Part shown: positions 1-15,014 of the stretch, piece by piece
How positions within the stretch are numbered: position 1 is the stretch's first letter
How the letters are laid out: each line of letters opens with the position of its first letter
The notes under the pieces: model-generated
What the model saw: only the letters and a program-made list of their open reading frames with translations
Told to the model about the DNA's origin: nothing
The model's database searches: none
Position numbers and translations under genes: made by a program
Origin: Myxococcota bacterium
Lineage (GTDB): Bacteria; Myxococcota_A; UBA9160; PR03
Direction: 5' to 3'
DNA: 16,201 nt
NCBI GenBank assembly: GCA_041611735.1
Contig: JBFIML010000061.1
Coordinates: forward strand, 1-16,201

Positions 1-141
1 GACGGAGATGGTGATGCCCGGGGACAACGTGGAGATGGTGGTGTCGCTGATCACGCCGATCGCCATGGACAAGGAGCTTCGCTTCGCGATCCGCGAAGGC
101 GGCCGCACCGTGGGCGCCGGCGTCGTCGCGGAGATCCTGGA
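1..141 (+). repeat. Terminal direct repeat, copy 1 (identical to 16061-16201)
   Basis: Base-by-base identity of 1-141 (GACGGAGATG...GAGATCCTGGA) with the last 141 nt of the window. Confidence 0.97.
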
Positions 142-145
142 ATGA
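1..145 (+). CDS. tuf: Elongation factor Tu, C-terminal fragment (5'-truncated by window edge)
   Basis: The frame from position 2 reads [47 protein letters not shown], with TGA at 143-145. This is the canonical EF-Tu domain III end. Confidence 0.97.
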   Translation, partial: TEMVMPGDNVEMVVSLITPIAMDKELRFAIREGGRTVGAGVVAEILE

Positions 146-147
146 CG

Positions 148-241
148 TGGGGACGTTCTTGCCTGATTGCCTTCTTGCGCGACGACGGCAGGGGCACGCC
201 TCCCCGGCTCGTGAGAAGGCAATTGGTCAAGGACGTCCCCA
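148..241 (+). other. Long imperfect inverted repeat / RNA hairpin filling the tuf-trnW spacer
   Basis: Arm 148-179 (TGGGGACGTTCTTGCCTGATTGCCTTCTTGCG) pairs in register with 210-241 (CGTGAGAAGGCAATTGGTCAAGGACGTCCCCA): 32 positions, 5 G-U pairs and 1 mismatch. Confidence 0.85.
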
Positions 242-317
242 AGGCGCGTAGCACAATTGGTAGTGCACCGGACTCCAAATCCGGGGGTTGGGGGTTCGAG
301 TCCCTCCGCGCCTGCCA
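242..317 (+). tRNA. trnW: tRNA-Trp (anticodon CCA)
   Basis: 76-nt cloverleaf: acceptor AGGCGCG/CGCGCCT, D-stem GCAC/GTGC, anticodon arm CCGGA-CT CCA AA-TCCGG (CCA at 275-277), T-loop GGTTCGAGTCC and encoded 3' CCA. It sits in the usual position before secE. Confidence 0.97.
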
Positions 318-327
318 GGTTTAGAAC

Positions 328-549
328 ATGGCGCGCGAAGAGGAGGCGAAGGGACTGACGGCCCGGGTGCGAGGCGCGCGGGAATATCTCACGGCGGTCC
401 GCGGCGAGTTCCGCAAGGTCACGTGGCCGACGCGCAAGGAGACGGTGGGCGGGACGATCGGAGTGCTGGCGGTGGTCGCAGTGATCACGGTGGTGCTCGG
501 CGTGGTGGACGCGGTGCTGGCGAACCTCGTGCGGTTCGTTCTTCCCTGA
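328..549 (+). CDS. secE: Preprotein translocase subunit SecE (single-TM type)
   Basis: EFRKVTWPTRKE motif followed by one hydrophobic TM segment; lies between trnW and nusG. Confidence 0.95.
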   Translation: MAREEEAKGLTARVRGAREYLTAVRGEFRKVTWPTRKETVGGTIGVLAVVAVITVVLGVVDAVLANLVRFVLP

Positions 550-571
550 GGCGGAGCAGGTGAGGCTCGCG

Positions 572-1102
572 ATGGCGAAGAAGTGGTACATCGTCCACAC
601 CTACTCCGGCCACGAGGCGAAGGCCAAGCAGGGGCTCCTCGAGCGCGCCAAGCTGATGGGCAAGGAGGAGCTGTTCGACGAGGTTTTGATCCCGGAGGAG
701 AGCGTCGTCGAGGTCGTGAAGGGCGAGAAGCGCACTTCGAAGCGGAAGTTCTTCCCCGGCTACATCCTGGTGCGTATGGAGCTCAACGACGAGACCTGGC
801 ACATCGTGCGCGAGACGCCTCGCATCACCGGTTTCGTGGGCGGCGGGAACAAGCCGACGCCGATCTCCGACGAGGAGGTCGCGCGGATGACCCAGCAGAT
901 CAAGGAAGGCGCGGTCAAGCCGAAGCCGAAGATCCGCTTCGAGGAGGGCGAGAGCGTGCGGGTGACGAGCGGCCCGTTCGCGAACTTCCAGGGCTTCGTG
1001 GATGCGGTGAGGCCGGACAAGGAGAAGGTCCGGGTGATGGTGCAGGTGTTCGGTCGCGCGACGCCGGTCGAGCTCGACTACACCCAGCTCGAGAAGGCTT
1101 GA
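572..1102 (+). CDS. nusG: Transcription termination/antitermination factor NusG
   Basis: [13 protein letters not shown]-terminus, FFPGYILV motif, KOW motif ([13 protein letters not shown]) and [12 protein letters not shown] at 572 follows GAGG; the ORF is open from GTG 560. Confidence 0.96.
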   Translation: MAKKWYIVHTYSGHEAKAKQGLLERAKLMGKEELFDEVLIPEESVVEVVKGEKRTSKRKFFPGYILVRMELNDETWHIVRETPRITGFVGGGNKPTPISDEEVARMTQQIKEGAVKPKPKIRFEEGESVRVTSGPFANFQGFVDAVRPDKEKVRVMVQVFGRATPVELDYTQLEKA

Positions 1103-1112
1103 AGGAAGCAGC

Positions 1113-1541
1113 GTGGCCAAGAAGATCGTGGCGTTGGTGAAGCTTCAGTGTCCCGCCGGACAGGCGAACCCGTCGCCCCCGGTCGGGCCCGCGCTGGGCC
1201 AGCACGGTGTGAACATCATGGAATTCTGCAAGACGTTCAATGCCCGCACCCAGGACAAGCAGGGCCTGATCATCCCGGCGGTGATCACCATCTACGCGGA
1301 CCGCACCTTCACCTTCGAGCTCAAGACCCCTCCCGCGGCGGTGCTGCTGCGGCGGGCTGCCCGGATCGAAAAGGGCTCGGGAGAGCCGAACCGAACCAAG
1401 GTGGGCACGGTGACGCGGGCACAGGTGCGCGAGATCGCCGAGATGAAGATGCCGGACCTCACGGCAAACGACGTCGATGCGGCCATGAAGATCATCGCCG
1501 GGACCGCCCGCTCCATGGGCCTCGACGTGGTGGAGGGCTGA
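1113..1541 (+). CDS. rplK: 50S ribosomal protein L11
   Basis: [26 protein letters not shown] and IAGTARSMG motifs; GTG start. Confidence 0.98.
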   Translation: MAKKIVALVKLQCPAGQANPSPPVGPALGQHGVNIMEFCKTFNARTQDKQGLIIPAVITIYADRTFTFELKTPPAAVLLRRAARIEKGSGEPNRTKVGTVTRAQVREIAEMKMPDLTANDVDAAMKIIAGTARSMGLDVVEG

Positions 1542-1543
1542 GC

Positions 1544-2245
1544 GTGGCGCAGGGGAAGCGCTATCGGAAGGCGACGGAAGGCGTGGATCGCGAACGGGCC
1601 TACTCGCTGCCGGACGCCGTGGCGCTGCTCAAGGGCGCACCCGAGGCCCGCTTCGACGAGAACGTGGACCTCGCCGTGAACCTGGGCGTGGACCCGAAGC
1701 ATGCCGACCAGATGGTGCGCGGGGCGATCGTGCTGCCCCACGGCACGGGTCGTTCCGTGCGGGTGCTCGTGTTCGCCAAAGGTGAGCGGGAGACGGAGGC
1801 GCGCGAAGCGGGCGCCGACCACGTGGGCGGGGACGACCTGGCCAAGAAGATCCAGGAAGGCTGGTTGGAGTTCGATCGTGTCATCGCGACGCCGGACATG
1901 ATGAGCGTGGTGGGCCGGCTCGGTCGGGTGCTCGGCCCGCGCGGCCTCATGCCGAACCCGAAGCTCGGCACCGTCACGCCGGACGTGGGGCGCGCCGTGC
2001 GCGAGCAGAAGGCGGGCAAGGTGGAGTACCGGGTGGACAAGGCCGGCATCCTGCACGTCCCGATCGGCAAGCGCTCCTTCGAGGCGGAAAGGCTGGTGGA
2101 GAACGCCCAGGCCCTCCTGGATGCCGTGATGCGAGCCAGGCCTTCCGCCGCCAAGGGGACGTATCTGAAGAAGGTTTGCATCTCCACGACGATGGGTCCC
2201 GGGATCCGCATCGATCCTGCGTCGGTGGTGGCCAAGGCGGCCTAG
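1544..2245 (+). CDS. rplA: 50S ribosomal protein L1
   Basis: [30 protein letters not shown] and STTMGPG motifs. GTG at 1544 lies 2 nt after the rplK stop, with GGAGG in the rplK 3' end. The track's start at 1148 is over-extended. Confidence 0.96.
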   Translation: MAQGKRYRKATEGVDRERAYSLPDAVALLKGAPEARFDENVDLAVNLGVDPKHADQMVRGAIVLPHGTGRSVRVLVFAKGERETEAREAGADHVGGDDLAKKIQEGWLEFDRVIATPDMMSVVGRLGRVLGPRGLMPNPKLGTVTPDVGRAVREQKAGKVEYRVDKAGILHVPIGKRSFEAERLVENAQALLDAVMRARPSAAKGTYLKKVCISTTMGPGIRIDPASVVAKAA

Positions 2246-2255
2246 GAGGTTCTTG

Positions 2256-2801
2256 GTGCTTTCGCGGGCCGAAAAGGAGAATCTGGTCGGCGAGCTGCGG
2301 GACAAGCTCGGCCGGGCCACCTGCGTCCTGCTGGCCGACTACTGTGGCCTGGACGTGGCGGCCGTCGAGGAGCTGCGCAGCCGGCTGCGGACGCAGGGCG
2401 AGGGCCAGTTCGAGTACCGGGTGGCCAAGAACACGCTGGTGCGGCGTGCCACCGGCGATTCGGAGCTGGCCGGGCTCGCGCCACACCTGGAGGGGCCGAC
2501 GGCGCTGGCGTTCTCCTATGGAGACCCGGTGCGGCTCGCCAAGGTGCTGGTGGACTACGCGAAGCAGCACGAAGCGTTCCAGCTGCGCGCTGGCTTCGTG
2601 GAAGGGCGGACCATCGAGCGCGACGAGATCGCGACGCTCGCGACGCTGCCCAACCTGGAGCAGCTCCGGGCCCGGCTTGCGGGCCTGCTCCTGGCGCCGG
2701 CCACCAAGGTGGCCCAGGTGCTCGTCGCGCCGGGCTCCCAGCTGGCGCGTGTGGTCGAGGCGCGGCGCAAACAGCTCGAGGAGGCGGGCTCCGCTTCTTG
2801 A
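2256..2801 (+). CDS. rplJ: 50S ribosomal protein L10
   Basis: VAKNTL, GPTALAF and LATLP motifs. SD AGGAGGT at 2244-2250 overlaps the rplA stop. Start is GTG 2256 or TTG 2253. Confidence 0.95.
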   Translation: MLSRAEKENLVGELRDKLGRATCVLLADYCGLDVAAVEELRSRLRTQGEGQFEYRVAKNTLVRRATGDSELAGLAPHLEGPTALAFSYGDPVRLAKVLVDYAKQHEAFQLRAGFVEGRTIERDEIATLATLPNLEQLRARLAGLLLAPATKVAQVLVAPGSQLARVVEARRKQLEEAGSAS

Positions 2802-2816
2802 GACGAGGGGAACCCA

Positions 2817-2866
2817 GGTCCGGCCGGGGCGAGCAGCCCCTCGCCGCCAGCGGCGGACGCCGGACC
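2817..2866 (+). other. Predicted three-way-junction RNA in the rplJ-rplL spacer
   Basis: Outer stem GGTCCGGC (2817-2824)/GCCGGACC (2859-2866) encloses GGGGC-GAGCA-GCCCC (2826-2840) and CGCCG-CCAG-CGGCG (2842-2855). Confidence 0.55.
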
Positions 2867-2891
2867 GCATCAGTGGAAGGATCGCGGGGAA

Positions 2892-3275
2892 ATGACCGAT
2901 CTGAATGGAATCGTCGATCAGCTCTCGAGCCTCACGGTGATGGAAGCGGCGCAGCTTGCCAAGCTGCTCGAGGAGAAGTGGGGCGTCTCGGCGGCGGCGC
3001 CCGTGGCCGTCGCGGCCGTGGGGGCCGTCCCGGGCGGCGAGGCCGCCGGCGCCGTGGAGGAGAAGACCGAGTTCGACGCCGTCCTGGTCTCCGCCGGCGA
3101 CAAGAAGATCCAGGTCATCAAGGAGGTCCGCGCGCTCACGGGCCTCGGCCTGAAGGAGGCCAAGGACCTGGTGGAGGGCACGCCCAAGCCCGTGAAGGAG
3201 GGTGTGTCGAAGGACGAGGCGGCCAAGATCAAGGAGCAGATCGAGGCGGCCGGCGGCAAGGTCGAGATCAAGTAA
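2892..3275 (+). CDS. rplL: 50S ribosomal protein L7/L12
   Basis: [14 protein letters not shown], Ala-rich hinge, EEKTEFD and [24 protein letters not shown] motifs. Confidence 0.98.
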   Translation: MTDLNGIVDQLSSLTVMEAAQLAKLLEEKWGVSAAAPVAVAAVGAVPGGEAAGAVEEKTEFDAVLVSAGDKKIQVIKEVRALTGLGLKEAKDLVEGTPKPVKEGVSKDEAAKIKEQIEAAGGKVEIK

Positions 3276-3292
3276 ACGACGCGCGTGCGAGC

Positions 3293-3319
3293 GCGCGGGA
3301 CACGCTCCCGCGCTTTCGT
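3293..3319 (+). terminator. Candidate weak terminator/attenuator between rplL and rpoB
   Basis: Perfect 8-bp stem GCGCGGGA-CACGC-TCCCGCGC followed by a short TTTCGT tail. Same position as the E. coli rplL-rpoB attenuator. Confidence 0.45.
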
Positions 3320-3353
3320 GCCACGTCTTCGAGTCGGAGGGCTAAGCCAACCC

Positions 3354-7538
<4,185 letters not shown>

Positions 7539-7553
7539 GGGAGGCGTACCGCC

Positions 7554-11720
<4,167 letters not shown>

Positions 11721-11765
11721 CGGCCTGTCGACCCCGCGGCCTCGCGGTGGCCCCTCAGCGGCCCG

Positions 11766-11793
11766 TTGACAGGGGTCCGAAGGTCGCTAAAAT
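11766..11793 (+). promoter_or_regulatory. Sigma70-type promoter of the str (rpsL) operon
   Basis: TTGACA (11766-11771), 16-nt spacer, TAAAAT (11788-11793), then a GC-rich discriminator CCAGCGG, in the rpoC-rpsL intergenic region. Confidence 0.8.
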
Positions 11794-11966
11794 CCAGCGG
11801 TTTTCGAGTCTGGCACGCCCTGCTGCGGCCCGTCCCGGCGCGACGGAGAGCAGTGACCCGAGGATGTGTCCTCCGGTCTCTTCGTCGCCCGCGGGGGGGT
11901 CAGGGGGGCTGCATTCTGCTTGCGCCCGGGCCTTCCTCGAACGGCGAGCCGGCGCGAGGTCACGCG

Positions 11967-12338
11967 ATGCCGACCATCCAGCAGCTGGTGCGCCGCGGGC
12001 GCGGACTCCAGCGCAGCCGCTCCAAGTCGCCCGACCTGGATCACTCTCCGCAGCGACGCGGCGTGTGCGTGCGCGTGTGCACCCAGACGCCGAAGAAGCC
12101 GAACTCCGCCTTGCGCAAGGTGGCGCGCGTGCGACTCACCAACAGTCGCGAGGTGTGGGCCTACATCCCGGGCGTGGGCCACAATCTGCAGGAGCACTCG
12201 GTGGTCCTGGTGCGCGGGGGGCGCGTGAAGGACCTGCCTGGCGTCCGCTACCACATCGTGCGCGGCACCCTGGACACGACGGGCGTCGCGGATCGGCAGA
12301 AGGGACGCTCGAAGTACGGTGCCAAGAGGCCCAAGTAA
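11967..12338 (+). CDS. rpsL: 30S ribosomal protein S12
   Basis: [10 protein letters not shown]-terminus, [19 protein letters not shown] and [13 protein letters not shown] motifs. ATG 11967 follows GAGGT. Confidence 0.98.
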   Translation: MPTIQQLVRRGRGLQRSRSKSPDLDHSPQRRGVCVRVCTQTPKKPNSALRKVARVRLTNSREVWAYIPGVGHNLQEHSVVLVRGGRVKDLPGVRYHIVRGTLDTTGVADRQKGRSKYGAKRPK

Positions 12339-12352
12339 CGCGAGGATCGTTT

Positions 12353-12373
12353 GGCCCGGGACCGTCCCGGGCC
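12353..12373 (+). promoter_or_regulatory. Hairpin in the rpsL-rpsG spacer (candidate post-transcriptional element)
   Basis: GGCCCGGGA-CCG-TCCCGGGCC lies just upstream of the rpsG SD (GGAG 12377-12380). Confidence 0.4.
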
Positions 12374-12390
12374 CACGGAGCCCAATCTGC

Positions 12391-12861
12391 ATGCCTCGAC
12401 GACGCGAAGTTCGACGGCGCCTTCCCGTGGCCGATCCGAAGTACAACGATCGGATGGTCAGCCGCTTCATGAACATCCTGATGCGGCAGGGGAAGAAGAG
12501 CATCGCGGAGGGCATCGTGTACGGCGCCTTCGAGATGATCGAGAGCAAGACGCGCAACGATCCGCTGGCCATGTTCCGTCGTGCCCTCGACAACGTGCGA
12601 CCCCGCATCGAGGTGAAGTCCCGAAGGGTGGGGGGCGCCACCTATCAGGTTCCCATCGAGGTGCGCCCGGAGCGCGCCACCTCCCTGGCCATGCGCTGGA
12701 TCGCGGACTACTCGCGGGCTCGCGACGGCAAGAGCATGCGCGAGAAGCTGGCCAACGAGCTGATCGACGCTGCCAACGAACGCGGCGAGGCCGTCAAGAA
12801 GCGGGAGGATACCCACCGGATGGCAGAGGCGAACAAGGCCTTCGCCCACTACCGGTGGTAG
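12391..12861 (+). CDS. rpsG: 30S ribosomal protein S7
   Basis: MPRRR N-terminus, [19 protein letters not shown] and [15 protein letters not shown] motifs. ATG 12391 follows GGAG. Confidence 0.98.
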   Translation: MPRRREVRRRLPVADPKYNDRMVSRFMNILMRQGKKSIAEGIVYGAFEMIESKTRNDPLAMFRRALDNVRPRIEVKSRRVGGATYQVPIEVRPERATSLAMRWIADYSRARDGKSMREKLANELIDAANERGEAVKKREDTHRMAEANKAFAHYRW

Positions 12862-12902
12862 CCGCGAGCCCGCTCCGGGGTTCGCAGAGGCCGATCACCA
12901 CC

Positions 12903-14972
12903 ATGCCCCGCACGGCGCCGCTGGAGAGGATTCGCAACATCGGCATCATGGCCCACATCGATGCCGGCAAGACCACGACCACCGAGCGGATCCTGTACTA
13001 CACCGGCGTCACCTACAAGATGGGTGAAGTGCACGAAGGCTCCGCCACCATGGACTGGATGGAGCAGGAGCAGGAGCGGGGCATCACCATCACCTCCGCG
13101 GCCACCACCTGTGTCTGGAAGGACCACCGCATCAACCTCATCGACACTCCGGGGCACGTGGACTTCACGATCGAGGTGGAACGTTCCCTGCGGGTGCTGG
13201 ACGGCGCCATCGCCGTGTTCTGTGGCGTAGGCGGGGTGGAGCCCCAGTCGGAGACGGTTTGGCGCCAGGCCGACCGCTACCGGGTCCCGCGCATCGCCTT
13301 CGTCAACAAGATGGACCGCGTCGGGTCCGACTTCGACCGGGTGGTCCGGATGATGCGGGAGCGGTTGGGGACGAATCCGGTGCCGGTGCAGCTTCCGATC
13401 GGAAACCTGGAAGGGTTCTGCGGCATCGTGGACCTGATCGAGCAGAAGGCCGTCTACTGGGACGAGGAGTCCCTGGGAGCCGCCTTCCGAGTGGAAGCAG
13501 TCCCGGCGGAGCGGGTGGATGCCATGGAGGCGGCCCGCGAGAAGCTGATCGAGGCGGCCGCCGACTGCGACGACGCGCTGATGGCTCGCTACCTGGACGG
13601 CGAAGCCATCGCTCCGGACCTGCTGCGCAAGGCACTGCGGGAAGCCACCCTGCGCCTGCGTGCCGTGCCGGTGCTGTGCGGCTCGGCCTTCAAGAACAAG
13701 GGCGTGCAGCCGCTTCTCGACGCCATCGTCGCCTACCTGCCTTCCCCGCTGGACGTCCCTGCCATCGAGGGCGTCCATCCCCACACGGGTGCGGTGGTCC
13801 CGCGCAAGGCAGATGACCGCGAGCCCTTCGCCGCGCTGGTCTTCAAGCTGATCAGCGACAAGCACGTCGGGCACCTGACCTACATGCGGGTCTACTCCGG
13901 CCACGTGGAGACCGGTGACCAGGTCCTCAACGCGAACCGGGGCCGCAAGGGCCGCGTGGGGCGCCTGCTGCGCATGCATGCCAACAAGCGCCAGGAGATC
14001 GAGGAGGCCTTCGCCGGGGACATCGTGGCGGTGGTCGGGCTGAAGAGCGTCGCCACGGGAGAGACGCTGTGCGATCCCCAGCAGCCGGTGGCCCTGGAGG
14101 CGATGGCCTTCCCGGATCCCGTGCTCTCGATCGCCATCGAGCCCAAGACGAAGGCCGACATGGACCGGCTCGGAGCGTCCCTGGAGCGGCTCGCCCAGGA
14201 GGACCCCTCCTTTCGGGTGGGGACGGACCCCGAGACCGGCCAGACCATCATCTCCGGGATGGGCGAGCTTCACCTCGAGATCATCATCGACCGCCTGCTG
14301 CGCGAATTCCGCGTCGATGCCAACGTGGGTCCGCCGCAAGTGGCCTACAAGGAGACCGTGACCCGGCCGGTCCGGGTGGAGGGCCGCTACGTCAAGCAGA
14401 CGGGCGGCGCCGGCGACTTCGGCGTCGTGGTGATCGCGGTGGAGCCGGGCGAAGCGGGAGCAGGCTTCGTGTTCGAGAACGCCATCAAGGGCGGCGTCGT
14501 CCCGCGCGAGTTCATCCCCCCGGTGCGCCAGGGCTGCGAGGAGGCGCTCCAGAGCGGGGCCCTGGCCGGCTATCCCGTGGTGGACGTCAAGGTGCGGCTC
14601 GTGGACGGGCAGTACCACGAGGTGGACTCCTCGGAGCGCTCGTTCAAGATCGCGGGCTCGCTGGCCATCAAGGAGGCGCTCCAGAAGGCCGAGCCCGTGC
14701 TGCTCGAGCCCATGATGCGGGTCGAAGTGGTGACTCCGGAGGACTTCGTGGGGGCCGTGCAGGGGGACCTGAGCAGCCGCCGGGGCAAGCTCACCGGCCT
14801 CGAGGTACGCGGCACCTCCCAGGTGATCGGGGCCGTGGCGCCGCTTGCGACCATGTTCGGATACGTCAACAACCTGCGCTCCATGACCCAGGGGCGTGCC
14901 ACGTACACCATGCAGTTCTCCCACTATGCCCGCGTTCCCGCGCAGGTCGCGGAGGGCATCGTCAACCGCTGA
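12903..14972 (+). CDS. fusA: Elongation factor G (str-operon copy)
   Basis: [41 protein letters not shown] and YHEVDSS motifs. ATG at 12903 (689 aa); the track's start at 12351 is over-extended. Confidence 0.97.
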   Translation: MPRTAPLERIRNIGIMAHIDAGKTTTTERILYYTGVTYKMGEVHEGSATMDWMEQEQERGITITSAATTCVWKDHRINLIDTPGHVDFTIEVERSLRVLDGAIAVFCGVGGVEPQSETVWRQADRYRVPRIAFVNKMDRVGSDFDRVVRMMRERLGTNPVPVQLPIGNLEGFCGIVDLIEQKAVYWDEESLGAAFRVEAVPAERVDAMEAAREKLIEAAADCDDALMARYLDGEAIAPDLLRKALREATLRLRAVPVLCGSAFKNKGVQPLLDAIVAYLPSPLDVPAIEGVHPHTGAVVPRKADDREPFAALVFKLISDKHVGHLTYMRVYSGHVETGDQVLNANRGRKGRVGRLLRMHANKRQEIEEAFAGDIVAVVGLKSVATGETLCDPQQPVALEAMAFPDPVLSIAIEPKTKADMDRLGASLERLAQEDPSFRVGTDPETGQTIISGMGELHLEIIIDRLLREFRVDANVGPPQVAYKETVTRPVRVEGRYVKQTGGAGDFGVVVIAVEPGEAGAGFVFENAIKGGVVPREFIPPVRQGCEEALQSGALAGYPVVDVKVRLVDGQYHEVDSSERSFKIAGSLAIKEALQKAEPVLLEPMMRVEVVTPEDFVGAVQGDLSSRRGKLTGLEVRGTSQVIGAVAPLATMFGYVNNLRSMTQGRATYTMQFSHYARVPAQVAEGIVNR

Positions 14973-15014
14973 GGGGCGAGCTCGCAGGGAGAGCCCCGGG
15001 AGGTTCAAAGCATC

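Noticed and set aside
143..241. UGA followed by a hairpin as a possible SECIS or readthrough signal
   Set aside because: The TGA is at the normal EF-Tu C-terminus, and an in-frame TGA follows seven codons later.
142..324. 60-aa ORF after tuf (possible rpmG or leader peptide)
   Set aside because: It runs through the hairpin and the tRNA-Trp gene, with no L33 motifs.
12864..12885. Small hairpins between rpsG-fusA (and fusA-tuf at 14973-14997, after rpoC near 11734-11747)
   Set aside because: Short GC stems without U tracts. They are expected by chance at this GC content, so no terminators were called.
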